A DNA stretch of 64,000 bases from a phage. The stretch's first letter is position 1; the number at the start of each line of letters is the position of its first letter. The translations under genes and the position numbers were made by a program. The notes under the pieces are model-generated. The model saw nothing but the letters and a program-made list of their open reading frames with translations. It ran no database searches and was not told the DNA's origin. This document shows, one piece after another, positions 1-10,450 of this stretch. The stretch is from NCBI GenBank assembly GCA_012411765.1, contig GCA_012411765.1_3031.1; one strand, given 5' to 3'.

Positions 1-24
1 AAAAAAAATTTTTGAAATAAAAAA

Positions 25-44
25 GGGAGAGCCGAGGCTCTCCC
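25..44 (-). terminator. GC hairpin (GGGAGAGCC/GGCTCTCCC) followed by T-run on minus strand
   Basis: Inverted repeat read directly; lies downstream of gene 52 and the 49-aa ORF; rc strand continues TTTTTTATTT. Confidence 0.45.
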
Positions 45-49
45 TAAAA

Positions 50-199
50 TTACTGCATGACTGTGATAACTGTCATGATAACACGTTGAATTCCGAACGC
101 AAGAAGACCTCCTGCTACGGCTGGAACAACGCCTAAACCCGCTAGTAAAATGCTACCAGATACTAATGCAGCGCTTGTAATACCTATGAATGGACTCAT
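50..199 (-). CDS. small hydrophobic peptide (49 aa), start overlaps gene 52 stop (ATGA)
   Basis: Hand translation MSPFIGITSAALVSGSILLAGLGVVPAVAGGLLAFGIQRVIMTVITVMQ; below ORF-track size cutoff. Confidence 0.35.
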   Translation of the reverse strand: MSPFIGITSAALVSGSILLAGLGVVPAVAGGLLAFGIQRVIMTVITVMQ

Positions 200-1524
200 T
201 TGATTTCCTCTAAATCTTTGGTGTATTCTGTAACTACATCAGTAGTTTTCCAATATTCGTTTTCTTCTTTTTTAGCTTTAGCTTCTTCAGCAAGTTTCTT
301 CGCTTCATCGGAAGTCATATGAAAAATATTCATTCCAACTAGTTTATCAACATAAGAAGAATACATATCGATTTTCGAAAGTTCTTCGGTCAGTTCTTTA
401 CGAGTTTTACCCTGTACAACAATTTCACCTGAAATTACTTTCTTAATGAAATGTGCCTTGGCAAAGGCTAAACGAAAAGCTGACTCAGTTTCTTTAATTT
501 TGTTATCAATTCGCTTTTGGACATAAGTTTTACGAACTTCAACAAAGTCTTTAATTAAATCGACTACGTTATCATAAACTTGTAGTTTTCCTTTCTCATT
601 AATAACCGTAATATTCTGAGAACGACGCTCAATCAACCCGAAGTCTTTCATAATTTTTGCATGGCGTTCTTCTTCGTTATCGCTCAAAGAGTATTCTTTG
701 CGGAATTTAACTTTGAATCCAAAACCATGCTCACCGCAAGCATCATCCCATGTAATGAAGCCTTTATCTTCAAGTGGGTCTAAGATTTTACTCACGTAAG
801 TTTCACGATCATACTTATACGGAATCTCAGTGATATGCATTTGAGTTCGTGAAGTAAACTTATATGTTCCACGAATTTCATACTGCCCATCAATTTCAAC
901 AACTTCACCACGAAATTCTGGGAATTCTACCTTCGGTTTAGTTACTTTCTTTCCTTGAAGAGCTTGCAGTACAGCTTTCTTAACAGAAGAAACACTATGA
1001 GGAAGAATGTAAGTTGCATAACCAGTTGCAATACCGGAAACGCCATTAAGAAGAACAGTAGGAATAATAGGCAAATAGAAAGCAGGCGGAATGTGTTCTT
1101 TATCTTGATGTACTGGAGCATATTCAGTATCTTTATATACGTTATAGAAATTTTTACTTACACGAGCAAAAATATAACGACTTGCTGCTGCTTTTTGGAC
1201 GGTACGAGAACCAAAGTTTCCTTGACCATCTAACAGAGGAAAGTTATTATTCCAAGTGTTAGCCATCAAAGCCCCCGCATCTTGTGCAGAGTTTTCACCA
1301 TGATGATATCCAAGGTCCGCTACACCACCTGCAATAGAAGCGAGTTTGTGAAACTTATCTTTATTTCCTCGTGCCAAATCAAGAGCTCGAGCAATAACAA
1401 ATCGTTGAACTGGCTTAAATCCATCAATCATATTTGGAATAGCACGATTTTCAACCGTGTACATAGCATAAGCCAATGCTTCATTATCAATGATACTTTT
1501 TAAATCGCGATTATTCAGTTGCAT
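196..1524 (-). CDS. 52: DNA topoisomerase II medium subunit (GyrA-like cleavage/religation subunit)
   Basis: 442 aa, length and sequence match recalled T4 gp52; position next to ac/stp/ndd. Confidence 0.95.
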   Translation of the reverse strand: MQLNNRDLKSIIDNEALAYAMYTVENRAIPNMIDGFKPVQRFVIARALDLARGNKDKFHKLASIAGGVADLGYHHGENSAQDAGALMANTWNNNFPLLDGQGNFGSRTVQKAAASRYIFARVSKNFYNVYKDTEYAPVHQDKEHIPPAFYLPIIPTVLLNGVSGIATGYATYILPHSVSSVKKAVLQALQGKKVTKPKVEFPEFRGEVVEIDGQYEIRGTYKFTSRTQMHITEIPYKYDRETYVSKILDPLEDKGFITWDDACGEHGFGFKVKFRKEYSLSDNEEERHAKIMKDFGLIERRSQNITVINEKGKLQVYDNVVDLIKDFVEVRKTYVQKRIDNKIKETESAFRLAFAKAHFIKKVISGEIVVQGKTRKELTEELSKIDMYSSYVDKLVGMNIFHMTSDEAKKLAEEAKAKKEENEYWKTTDVVTEYTKDLEEIK

Positions 1525-1528
1525 AAAT

Positions 1529-1600
1529 TTACCATACTAGTGAATGTAGTGCCATAATAACATCAGAAATGAAAAGCACGACTTGAATTAATCCGAACAT
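1529..1600 (-). CDS. micro-ORF (23 aa, hydrophobic) between ac and gene 52
   Basis: Hand translation MFGLIQVVLFISDVIMALHSLVW; position only. Confidence 0.2.
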   Translation of the reverse strand: MFGLIQVVLFISDVIMALHSLVW

Positions 1601-1661
1601 TACTCCATAATATAGTGCTACCAATAAAGTAGCAAGGGCTAATGAATAGCCCAAGATTTTC

Positions 1662-1820
1662 TTAATCATTAGTAGATAACAACACAAATGTTAAATATGC
1701 ACACATACCCTGGGCTAAAGCTTGTGAAAACACACTGCTAGCATCGATACAGATAGTTAAAACACATGCTACTATCCAACAAATAAATGAAATAACTCCT
1801 AATAATTTTGCAATATTCAT
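1662..1820 (-). CDS. ac: Ac-like small membrane protein (acridine sensitivity)
   Basis: Hand-translated 52-aa hydrophobic peptide MNIAKLLGVISFICWIVAC...; position between stp and 52 as in T4. Confidence 0.55.
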   Translation of the reverse strand: MNIAKLLGVISFICWIVACVLTICIDASSVFSQALAQGMCAYLTFVLLSTND

Positions 1821-1827
1821 ATTTTCC

Positions 1828-1908
1828 TCACTGGCGTCCGAAGACGCCTTTAGTTTTAAGATTGTTACGATAAAACTGCATCACATGTTCGTTGTGGAAA
1901 TTACTCAT
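1828..1908 (-). CDS. stp: Stp peptide (26 aa, host restriction-system interacting peptide)
   Basis: Hand translation [26 protein letters not shown] matches recalled T4 Stp; start overlaps ndd stop (TAATG). Confidence 0.8.
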
Positions 1909-2363
1909 TAATATGCCTGCAAAACGAATTTAAAGTTATCAGCCAACATACGGTTCATTTCTTCAAGCGTTTGATACTCAGAATGATGATTACGAGTAAA
2001 TGCCAAAGCTAACTGACCTTTACCAAATCCTGTCGTCAGAGGTTTCATCTTAGAAGCAGGCAGATAAAATACTGTGTATGGAACATTGTTATTTGCAATA
2101 GTACGTGCAAGTTGAGACCGACGTTGACGAATATGACTTAGAACCGCACTGAATCCTTGCTTAGAACGCTGATTACCTACATAAAATCGTGCAGATACGC
2201 ATGGACTACTAAATGGACCACCGAGTTTACTCACTAAAAAGTAAAATCCAGGTTTAGACAAAATGTCTTTGTGCGGAGTTCCCAAAAACCACTCACCGCC
2301 CTTGATTGTACCAATAACAGTAGCGCCTGCATTGTTCAGATCAGTAACAGTCATGTATTTCAT
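1908..2363 (-). CDS. ndd: nucleoid disruption protein
   Basis: 151 aa, same length as recalled T4 Ndd; synteny with stp/ac/denB. Confidence 0.7.
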
Positions 2364-2422
2364 ATTAATTTCCTCTAATTATTTTCTACTCCAAGGCCGC
2401 ATGAATACACACGGCCGATAAA

Positions 2423-2638
2423 TTAATCGTCGCAGTCGACGCTCAATTCCCAGAATTCTTCTACGGTATAAGTTTCAGTATCATTTTTAATACAGAAACG
2501 TTCATTACTGTTATTTGCTAAAGTAGCGTTAACTGTCATTTTCTCGCTGGTGCTCTTAAGAGGTGAAATACGAATTAACTGATCACCACTATCCAAGCAA
2601 AAAATTTCGCCAACTTTTACATCTTTAAAAATTTTCAT
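2423..2638 (-). CDS. hypothetical protein (71 aa)
   Basis: ORF in tightly packed minus-strand array in ndd-denB interval. Confidence 0.4.
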   Translation of the reverse strand: MKIFKDVKVGEIFCLDSGDQLIRISPLKSTSEKMTVNATLANNSNERFCIKNDTETYTVEEFWELSVDCDD

Positions 2639-2753
2639 AATTCACCTCAGGGAGTATAAAATCCGAATGCAGTTGTTGACCATCCCATCCAATATGGAAA
2701 ATTTGCACCAATGTAAAACATAAGAATATAAAACCAAACGTTCAGCAAATTCA

Positions 2754-2972
2754 TCATTTTACACCATTCCAAATTGTTTCAACTACGGATTTTAAACCAT
2801 TTTGATGAATATCCATTCCGACTACTGCCATCAAATAGATTCCAACTACAACTGAACCTAAGGCAAAAATCAGCATGAAAATGAATAAAGCCGGAAAAAT
2901 ATTATCGAAAAACCATTCAATAAATGTAAAAGCACTGCGTTTACGCTTCATATTTTCCTCACATAAATCCAA
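2754..2972 (-). CDS. small membrane protein (72 aa)
   Basis: Long hydrophobic stretch; minus-strand array. Confidence 0.4.
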   Translation of the reverse strand: MDLCEENMKRKRSAFTFIEWFFDNIFPALFIFMLIFALGSVVVGIYLMAVVGMDIHQNGLKSVVETIWNGVK

Positions 2973-3072
2973 AGTAAACGTTTAATACATCAATCATTAA
3001 AACGATTGGGAATATACTCAAAACTATTAGTATTATAACTACATTCCATATAGCTTTAACAATCTTTTTCAT
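2959..3072 (-). CDS. small membrane protein (37 aa); ORF-track N-terminal extension is translated promoter/leader
   Basis: Internal Met MKKIVKAIWNVVIILIVLS...; upstream part of track ORF 2959..3207 encodes the repeated leader motif. Confidence 0.35.
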   Translation of the reverse strand: MKKIVKAIWNVVIILIVLSIFPIVLMIDVLNVYFGFM

Positions 3073-3315
3073 TTTCTGTTCCTCCGTAGTTGATAGGGTA
3101 ATAGTACCACGGAAGAACAGTCTTGTAAACAACTTTTTTAAAAATATTCGTAATAAATGTGAATACCAACTACTACCGCTGAAACCTGTGCAACCCACCA
3201 CGCACAAGCAATAAGTACAGAATTCAAAATTTTCATAATAACCTCATCACAAAAGTAAATGTTAAACAAATTAATGGAATACTAATTAACCAAACAAAAC
3301 ACCACCATAATGAAC

Positions 3316-3579
3316 TCATAGTTCAATCTCAGCGATTTTCATTTCATTATTGTTAATAGCATTTTTAAGACTATCCGAAAGAATTACATTCCAGTGGTCA
3401 TTCATATGACCATTAACTAAGCGTGTAATTTCTTCGGGAGTTGAAAAATAAGGCGTATCAGACTCCCAATGCGATAATCCTAAGCGAGTATAAATCATAC
3501 CTTCATCATCGCTAGAATATTCAACTGACACAAACTCATCAGTTATTTTATGCTTAGCATAATAAAATTTAAATTTCAT
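3316..3579 (-). CDS. hypothetical protein (87 aa from internal Met of track ORF 3316..3678)
   Basis: Track ORF N-terminus (GTIQLSTDTDLE) is the translated promoter-leader repeat and overlaps denB 3' end. Confidence 0.45.
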   Translation of the reverse strand: MKFKFYYAKHKITDEFVSVEYSSDDEGMIYTRLGLSHWESDTPYFSTPEEITRLVNGHMNDHWNVILSDSLKNAINNNEMKIAEIEL

Positions 3580-3659
3580 TTTACTCTCCAAATCAGTATC
3601 AGTTGATAGTTGTATAGTACCACGGTCCTTGTGGTATGTAAACTGTTTTGTGAAATTTT

Positions 3660-4217
3660 TTAAATGGAAAGATACCATCCGTTGTAGTTGCTTTTTCTTA
3701 CAACCTTACGAAGGTCTTCTCTGTCACCGATGAACTTCGGAGTGTACTGGATGACACCTGGGTGAATTTCTTTAGTGTTGAATATAATTATACAGTCAGC
3801 GACTTGGTGATTCAGAATGGGCCCTAGATTTATTCCAGAACCATATGGATACTCTCCGCTGCATCCTGTTGTTACCGAAATCCAACGTGAGTCAGTTTGA
3901 TGTGTCTTAACTTCTACACGAAGCCCGCAGTATTTTGGATGTGCTAAAACATCCCATGCATATGTGTACGGATCATCGACATCTTCTTGGCCTTTATTGA
4001 CATATCCGCTTAGCCAATCTGCCACAAAAAACTCTGCGTACACAGCGATACGGCATCTTTCGATAACTTCTGCCTTATCCTGATTTGGGTTTTGTTTTAA
4101 AGAGTATCTTGCAGTATCAGCAATTTTGACCTTCATTTCACTAGTCAAGTCACTGTTCGATAGGGTAAATGTCGGAATCTGAAATAGTCTCTGTAACCCA
4201 GGATTCGTTTTCTGCAT
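3660..4217 (-). CDS. denB: endonuclease IV (DenB-like)
   Basis: 185 aa, matches recalled T4 DenB length; position between rIIB and ndd. Confidence 0.7.
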   Translation of the reverse strand: MQKTNPGLQRLFQIPTFTLSNSDLTSEMKVKIADTARYSLKQNPNQDKAEVIERCRIAVYAEFFVADWLSGYVNKGQEDVDDPYTYAWDVLAHPKYCGLRVEVKTHQTDSRWISVTTGCSGEYPYGSGINLGPILNHQVADCIIIFNTKEIHPGVIQYTPKFIGDREDLRKVVRKSNYNGWYLSI

Positions 4218-4283
4218 TTAAACTTTCCTTTATGTCGGAATCACTGATATTCATATAATAAATCATAATTTCTCTTAAAACAA

Positions 4284-4299
4284 AAGGGCCGAAGCCCTT
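4284..4299 (-). terminator. GGGCCGAAGCCC hairpin with flanking A/T runs
   Basis: Inverted repeat read directly; intergenic. Confidence 0.45.
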
Positions 4300-4302
4300 A
4301 TT

Positions 4303-4497
4303 TTATTTGAATTGTTCAATTCTTTTCTCTAAACAGTCAGCATAAGATTTCATTGAGATAAACTGCGAAAGTAACAGTTCTTGCTCAACTGCACTAACTG
4401 TTAGAAACTTTGCGCTTTCTAAAAATTTGCTCAGTGCATTAATTTTGAGCATTAATTGATCGTATTCTTCTTTTACTCGTGCTTGATAACCTAACAT
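4303..4497 (-). CDS. hypothetical protein (64 aa, helical)
   Basis: ORF bracketed by two GGGCCGAAGCCC hairpins. Confidence 0.4.
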   Translation of the reverse strand: MLGYQARVKEEYDQLMLKINALSKFLESAKFLTVSAVEQELLLSQFISMKSYADCLEKRIEQFK

Positions 4498-4515
4498 AAT
4501 TTTCCTTAATGTGAT

Positions 4516-4531
4516 AAGGGCCGAAGCCCTT
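4516..4531 (-). terminator. GGGCCGAAGCCC hairpin downstream of rIIB
   Basis: Inverted repeat read directly. Confidence 0.45.
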
Positions 4532-5468
4532 ATTTAAATTGTTCAGTAACGTCTTCAACTACTTCGTATTGGCAGGTACGCATTTTAGCATCGTTGTAAT
4601 CAATCGGAATTGATACTACATCACGCGGATGTACTTTAACTTTTACAACTCGGCTAGTTGAACTGCCAAAGTGACGAATATAAGATTTAGAACACACATG
4701 CAGACCACGAGAACAAGTTTGTGTATCATCGTCATTCACACGAGTACGTGGCATTTTAACTACTTTACCCGGACTGTTATCAAAAGTATTTGAGTGACAG
4801 TCAAAGTAATTGCTGCGAACTACTTTCCAAGCATAGAAGTAGCCATCTTCTGTAATTTCAATATCGTTTGCTACCAAGAAATCAAAGAGTCGAGATACCG
4901 CTTTCTGGCTCGGGTTTTCCAGTAGATTTTCCAAGAACGGAAAATAAAATTCAAAGTTTTCGCCTTTTTCCATCGAGTCAAGAATACGATCAACCAAACC
5001 AGACCGCAATTCAATATTTTGATAGAACAAGCTTCCACCTTCAATTCGAACATCACCGGAAATATATTTTTCAACAGCGCGACGAACATTAATTTTTTGT
5101 GCCGCTTCTTCCAACTTATCCGCTACAAGCATATTAAGAATTTCCTGGAAGTTTGAATGAGTATTAGGAGTTGCGTTATAAGTTACACCGTCAACAGTAA
5201 TTGAAATGAATTTTTTAGATGCATTCCAAATAATGTCAGATTTAGCAACTGGAGCAATAACTGCATCGCTATTAACTTTAACTGTAATATCACCGCTAAT
5301 AGTAACTTTAGGGCGTTTAGCTTCTTCAGCATTTTTCAAAACACGACGGATTGTGTCAACCGATACACCTTGCCAATCAGCTAATTCCTGTTGGGTGTAA
5401 TTACCACTTGAATACAGTTCAACAATTTCAGCTTGTTCATTTTTGGTCAGGCATTTAATATTGTACAT
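4530..5468 (-). CDS. rIIB: rIIB rapid-lysis/exclusion-sensitivity protein
   Basis: 312 aa, matches recalled T4 rIIB length; immediately downstream of rIIA. Confidence 0.9.
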   Translation of the reverse strand: MYNIKCLTKNEQAEIVELYSSGNYTQQELADWQGVSVDTIRRVLKNAEEAKRPKVTISGDITVKVNSDAVIAPVAKSDIIWNASKKFISITVDGVTYNATPNTHSNFQEILNMLVADKLEEAAQKINVRRAVEKYISGDVRIEGGSLFYQNIELRSGLVDRILDSMEKGENFEFYFPFLENLLENPSQKAVSRLFDFLVANDIEITEDGYFYAWKVVRSNYFDCHSNTFDNSPGKVVKMPRTRVNDDDTQTCSRGLHVCSKSYIRHFGSSTSRVVKVKVHPRDVVSIPIDYNDAKMRTCQYEVVEDVTEQFK

Positions 5469-5479
5469 AATTTTCCTTA

Positions 5480-7657
5480 TTAGGCCGCAAGGGCCTTCAT
5501 AGTTTTAGCGATTTGGGAAACTTCATCATCACTTAAAGAGTTACGATAACCGATGAAGTCGGAAACAATACGGAATTTCTTGGTAAACTCAGCAACCATT
5601 TTATCACTGTTTTTTGAAGCATTATTTGATAATACATCAAAAAGATTAGTTACTGTCCAGATGTCATGACCGATGGTATCTTTTCCACCATTAAAATATA
5701 CACCCTGTAATGAACTAACCATATTAGCGAGTCGTGTATATTCTTCAGAAACTTCATCTACACTGAAGTACTTCATCATAAAATCTAACTCGGGATACTT
5801 GATAATTTTATCAATATATCGTTTAGCTGAACTTGAATAACCTACATACTTATCATAATCTACATCATCAAAAGCATCTACATATAAATCACGCAAAGCT
5901 TCAAAAATACATTGGCACTGACCGAGTTCTTTTACCTTTTTCTGCAAAAGCGGACGAATAACATAAAACTCATTAATGCCAATAAGATTAGCCATACGAA
6001 TCAAAATATTCATAGATGGATGACAAAGAGATGTAGTACCATCCATAGAGAAAATATCAGAACGATGCATATACGCTACATAACCAGTAATTTCATCTGC
6101 TTCTGACGTGAGTGTAAATAGTTCCTCTTTTTCCCAGCGCCCATCTTTAATTTCAAACTTAAATGCTGTAGCAGCTTTAGGACGAGGAGCTTTACTTTTA
6201 ACTACCTTTGGAATATAGCTTTTAACTAAAGCTTCAATTTCTGACAAATAATGAATGTTAACTTCATCACTTTCAAACATTGCCATAATATCAGGAAGTA
6301 AATCAATCTGCGATTCTACTTCTGGATTAATAAACAGAAGACGCTCATTATGATGAATATTCAAAGTGTTATTAAATTCACTATCATCTAACGCTCGTGC
6401 TAATCCACGAACAATATTAACACGATTTTTAATATTATCAATAACGATATTAATTTTTGTTGTATTAATACCAAACAGACGATAACTTGATGCAACGGCT
6501 GAAGTTTCATGACTTTGCTTAATACGTTTCAGTCGAGGGTCAAGATTTACTTCATACACAACTCCTGCATTGCATAACTTACTATCAGGTTCAAACATGC
6601 TTTGCATCTTCTTATATGACAGATTTTTAGTCGTGAATTTGACTGAATTACTAATCATATAATCTCGAGCAGAATATCCCATCTTCATCAATTCACGATA
6701 TGTGTGACGAGGAGATGTAGATTCTTTAAATCGTTTTACATCTTCATTAAATGCTTTCTCACTGAGTTCTTTAACTCGTTCAATAATATTTTTACGAGTA
6801 CGATCATCCAGTGAAAGAGCCTCGCGAGATGGAGCAATATCAAGTGAACCCATTGGAAACTTAATGTAATTCACTTCATTGCGAATGCTTAGCCAGTTAC
6901 GGTCTCTAATAACACCATCGATAGGATAAACAATACCGCCATAGATAGCATATAATCCACCACGATCAGGCCAGTATCTTTCTGGATTTACGCCGTAATA
7001 GTCATCGAAATCCGGAAAATAATCAATTTCGCGGTCAAGACCATTAATGATAGCCAAATCTTTGAACGGTCGCATGATATAAGAAACTTCATAAGCAAAG
7101 TTTCTAAAGTCTTTTTCTTCAACTGGAACTACGATTTCAATACCAGTTTTATCATCTGGACCCATTTCTTTTACGAATGTAGGTTTAATTTGTGGGCCAT
7201 CACCATCCATGTAAGCTACATAACCACGAATTTCACCTTTATGGTATGAAGTAATACTAAACGTATCAGTATAACTAAACGGAGATTTAGAACCTAAACC
7301 AAATCCGCCAATGAAATCGTTAGATTCAGCCTTAGATGAACTGAAGTATGAATTATACAACCCAGGAGAATTATCATCACCTTGAATATCAAAATCACTC
7401 ATACCCGGACCAAAATCTCGACAAACAAATCGTGGGTCTAAACGTCCTGGAACTTGTATGATAAATTTTTCAGGATTTCCATTGAGAGCATGGGCATCAA
7501 TCATATTAGTAATCAATTCACGGACTACTGCGCGAATCTTGTTTGTATACAAATCAGATGACAGAATTTTAAATACTTTAGGATTTGCTGCGATGCTAAA
7601 TGCTTTTGATTTAGAACCATTGCCAAGAATTGTTTCTTTTTCAGTGGTGATAATCAT
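5480..7657 (-). CDS. rIIA: rIIA membrane-associated protein (ATPase-like N-terminus)
   Basis: 725 aa, matches recalled T4 rIIA length; synteny. Confidence 0.9.
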   Translation of the reverse strand: MIITTEKETILGNGSKSKAFSIAANPKVFKILSSDLYTNKIRAVVRELITNMIDAHALNGNPEKFIIQVPGRLDPRFVCRDFGPGMSDFDIQGDDNSPGLYNSYFSSSKAESNDFIGGFGLGSKSPFSYTDTFSITSYHKGEIRGYVAYMDGDGPQIKPTFVKEMGPDDKTGIEIVVPVEEKDFRNFAYEVSYIMRPFKDLAIINGLDREIDYFPDFDDYYGVNPERYWPDRGGLYAIYGGIVYPIDGVIRDRNWLSIRNEVNYIKFPMGSLDIAPSREALSLDDRTRKNIIERVKELSEKAFNEDVKRFKESTSPRHTYRELMKMGYSARDYMISNSVKFTTKNLSYKKMQSMFEPDSKLCNAGVVYEVNLDPRLKRIKQSHETSAVASSYRLFGINTTKINIVIDNIKNRVNIVRGLARALDDSEFNNTLNIHHNERLLFINPEVESQIDLLPDIMAMFESDEVNIHYLSEIEALVKSYIPKVVKSKAPRPKAATAFKFEIKDGRWEKEELFTLTSEADEITGYVAYMHRSDIFSMDGTTSLCHPSMNILIRMANLIGINEFYVIRPLLQKKVKELGQCQCIFEALRDLYVDAFDDVDYDKYVGYSSSAKRYIDKIIKYPELDFMMKYFSVDEVSEEYTRLANMVSSLQGVYFNGGKDTIGHDIWTVTNLFDVLSNNASKNSDKMVAEFTKKFRIVSDFIGYRNSLSDDEVSQIAKTMKALAA

Positions 7658-7667
7658 AATTTCCTCA

Positions 7668-7871
7668 TTAATTCATATTACGTTTAATAACTTCGGCAAC
7701 TTCTAGTAGTTCATCTTTAGTTGCGGTGTCGGATTGAATTTTATCTCTAATATCCTTAAAGCGGTTTTTAAATTCTTCGGCTTCTCCCATATCGAAAAAG
7801 CGTTGAATGATTCTATATTCTCGATGAACTGCTTTATCAAAAAGTTCTAAATTTACTTTATATGATTTCAT
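7668..7871 (-). CDS. hypothetical protein (67 aa), rIIA.1 position
   Basis: Small ORF immediately upstream of rIIA. Confidence 0.5.
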   Translation of the reverse strand: MKSYKVNLELFDKAVHREYRIIQRFFDMGEAEEFKNRFKDIRDKIQSDTATKDELLEVAEVIKRNMN

Positions 7872-7896
7872 TTCAATATCCTCATTTGCCCAATTA

Positions 7897-7926
7897 ATTA
7901 TACCACATCCTTGTGGTAAAGTAAAC
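7897..7926 (-). promoter_or_regulatory. early promoter (-35 GTTTAC, 18-bp spacer with TACCAC/GTGGTA palindrome, -10 TATAAT)
   Basis: Read on minus strand: GTTTAC tttaccacaaggatgtgg TATAAT, upstream of rIIA.1/rIIA. Confidence 0.6.
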
Positions 7927-9746
7927 TACTGGCTCATCCATTCTTTACGAAGGTCAGCATTATCTCCCATGAGCATTTCAAAAAGCTCTTTCCAGTTCTC
8001 AGGAAGTTTAACAACATCATATACTGGGTTTTGAATCATCTCACGATATTCAGATTTTTCCAAAGAGCCAAGTCCTTTAATATAACGGATGCTATGTTTA
8101 GGTAGAGCATCTTTGGCACTCTCATATTCAGCGACTGTATAAAACCATTCTTGTTTTTTACCGACCTGAGCGATGATTACAGGAGTTTTGACAAAGCGAA
8201 TTCGTCCTTGCTCAAACAATTCTGGCCAATTACTAAAAAATCCGAGCAGAGAAGGATAAATGCTTCCTAGACCATCATGGTCAGCATCAGTCATAATAGC
8301 AATATTATGATAATTCAAGTTTTCAGCTTTTTCACCAAGAACTAATCCAGTGATTGCGCAAATATCAAACAGTTCTTTGTTTTTAAGCATATCAGCATAT
8401 GACATACCCCAACTGTTGAGAACTTTACCACGCAATGGATAACCACCATGAAGTTCTTTATTACGAACATCAATAAGATACCCGATAGCAGAATCACCCT
8501 CAGTCAAGAAAAGAGTAGTGTCAGCATCTTTACCACAAAGATTCGCTTTGATATGTTTATGAACCTTAGCTTTAGAAGCCTTTTTAGCTGCTTTAGTTTC
8601 TGCTGCTTTTTCTGCCGCCAATTTACGAGCCAAAGCAGCTTCGATAATCGGCATTAGAATTGCTTCATTATTTAGAATAGCGCGTGAAATCTTTTTAGCA
8701 TCAAGCTGAATATGACTACGAATTTCGCCAAATGGAGAAGTCAAACGCTCTTTAGTTTGAGAATCAAATCGCATGTTTTTCATATCACGGACAAACATAA
8801 CGATAGTCAAACATTCTTTAACGCGTGCTTTAGTCACATCAATTTTGAACTTACGTTTGATTTGTGGAATAAGGTCTTCACAAATATCATCCATAACACA
8901 GTCAATGTGATGGCCACCATTCTTAGTGTGGATGTTATTCACATAAGTTAATTGACGAAATCCATCCGGTGAACGACCAACCGCAATAGAACAATTTTCT
9001 TGTTCTTGAACGATAGCATGCTCATCATATTGGCGTGCATATTTCTTAAAATTGCCCTGAACCTTTTTACCATTAAAGGTAAATTGAATATCAGGATAAA
9101 CTACTGCAAGTGTCTGGAGACGATCTAGTGTAATGTCAAGATAAACTTGGGACAGCTCATTAGTTTCAAATGACATAAAATCAGGAATGAAAGTAACACG
9201 AGTTCCTTTCCATTTTCCAGGAATATCTTCCCATGATTTATTTTCCATGCCATTTGAACAACGAACTACAATATTATTTTGACCATCACCAGTTTCACCG
9301 ACAAACATCACAGAAAAAATGTTTGTCAAACTAGAACCAACACCATTCATACCGCCAGTGACGCGTTCTTTGTCATCACCGAAGTTACCACCTGCTTTTG
9401 GAATAGTCCATGCAGCAACAGGACCAGGAATTTCTTCACCGGTAGGTGTTTTAACCATTGCCTGCGGAATACCACGACCGTTATCTTCAACTGTTACTTG
9501 ATTGTTTTTAATAGTAACATTAATTTTATTTGCGAATTTAAACTTAGTACGAATACCTTCATCTACTGAGTTATCGATAATTTCATCAATAAGCTTAACA
9601 AGACCAGGTACATATTGAACACTTTCCCATTTACCAAACAGAAAGCGCTCATGCATTTCATTAGCAGAAGAGCCAATGTACATGCCGCTACGCTTTTTGA
9701 TATGTTCAATATCGCTCAGAATTTTAATTTCATTCTTAATCATCAC
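7926..9746 (-). CDS. 39: DNA topoisomerase II large subunit (GyrB-like ATPase + toprim), uninterrupted
   Basis: 606-aa continuous ORF; no gene 60 split or bypass. Confidence 0.95.
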   Translation of the reverse strand: MMIKNEIKILSDIEHIKKRSGMYIGSSANEMHERFLFGKWESVQYVPGLVKLIDEIIDNSVDEGIRTKFKFANKINVTIKNNQVTVEDNGRGIPQAMVKTPTGEEIPGPVAAWTIPKAGGNFGDDKERVTGGMNGVGSSLTNIFSVMFVGETGDGQNNIVVRCSNGMENKSWEDIPGKWKGTRVTFIPDFMSFETNELSQVYLDITLDRLQTLAVVYPDIQFTFNGKKVQGNFKKYARQYDEHAIVQEQENCSIAVGRSPDGFRQLTYVNNIHTKNGGHHIDCVMDDICEDLIPQIKRKFKIDVTKARVKECLTIVMFVRDMKNMRFDSQTKERLTSPFGEIRSHIQLDAKKISRAILNNEAILMPIIEAALARKLAAEKAAETKAAKKASKAKVHKHIKANLCGKDADTTLFLTEGDSAIGYLIDVRNKELHGGYPLRGKVLNSWGMSYADMLKNKELFDICAITGLVLGEKAENLNYHNIAIMTDADHDGLGSIYPSLLGFFSNWPELFEQGRIRFVKTPVIIAQVGKKQEWFYTVAEYESAKDALPKHSIRYIKGLGSLEKSEYREMIQNPVYDVVKLPENWKELFEMLMGDNADLRKEWMSQ

Positions 9747-9795
9747 TTATCCTCGTTTGGTTTCGGGAATATTATACTCCAATAATCATAAAGCT

Positions 9796-9813
9796 AAAGG
9801 CCCGAAGGCCTTT
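9796..9813 (-). terminator. hairpin AAAGGCC-CGAA-GGCCTTT
   Basis: Inverted repeat read directly; intergenic. Confidence 0.4.
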
Positions 9814-10082
9814 TATTTAAAACGGATAGTCGAATCCTTGAAGAATAGACCAGAACATACTGTTCCTTCTACTTTCTGCCCAGTAGGTCCAACAGCACGA
9901 AATCCAGTGTGTTGGAAATCATTTTCAGAGCAACCGAACCAGTTATATCCAGTGATTTCAATATTAGTAAAACCACTTGAAGACAAAACTTTAGTTGCAT
10001 TATCAGCATCAGTACATCCTACTAAAGACACTGCTAATACTAATGCTGCGATAGAACGATTAATATATTTCATAATTTTCAC
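9813..10082 (-). CDS. putative lipoprotein (89 aa)
   Basis: N-terminal signal peptide followed by Cys (LVGC) lipobox-like motif. Confidence 0.5.
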   Translation of the reverse strand: MKIMKYINRSIAALVLAVSLVGCTDADNATKVLSSSGFTNIEITGYNWFGCSENDFQHTGFRAVGPTGQKVEGTVCSGLFFKDSTIRFK

Positions 10083-10450
10083 TTAAATTTAATGGCTTGA
10101 AGAAGACTAATAACTCTCAAGCGACTTCTTTCATCTTTAACTGTAAAAGAAAGAGGGTCACCAGATTTCATAGTAATGGTACATTCAAAATCAAAATCTT
10201 CGGAAACTTCTTTGAAGAAGTCAAATTCTTCATCATAAATTAGAACATTACTCTGACAACTATGAAGAATTTTTCCATCATTTCCAGATGCTGTACTAAT
10301 CATTGTAACATTATGACCTTTCATATCTTCAACGATAAATTCACTAGTCAATATTACAGCATTAATAGAACTATTCCTATTACTAGCAGAAAGTAGATAC
10401 TTCTGTTCTTCACCTTCGCGAATACGATATTTCTTACCGATTTTAAACAT
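10079..10450 (-). CDS. hypothetical protein (123 aa)
   Basis: ORF in minus-strand array, start overlaps neighbour. Confidence 0.45.
   Translation of the reverse strand: MFKIGKKYRIREGEEQKYLLSASNRNSSINAVILTSEFIVEDMKGHNVTMISTASGNDGKILHSCQSNVLIYDEEFDFFKEVSEDFDFECTITMKSGDPLSFTVKDERSRLRVISLLQAIKFK

Noticed and set aside
955-1503. Plus-strand ORFs (955..1233, 1282..1503 and many similar ones throughout, e.g. 8448..8657, 15459..15828, 26185..26415, 36784..37200) antisense to long minus-strand genes
   Set aside because: They lie entirely inside well-supported minus-strand genes, lack ribosome-binding sites and have low-complexity or stop-adjacent composition; most likely frame artefacts.
7658-7925. 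Searched for a gene 60 fragment, mobA-like insertion or translational bypass element between rIIA and gene 39
   Set aside because: Only a 67-aa ORF and an early promoter are present; gene 39 is continuous, so no bypass element exists here.
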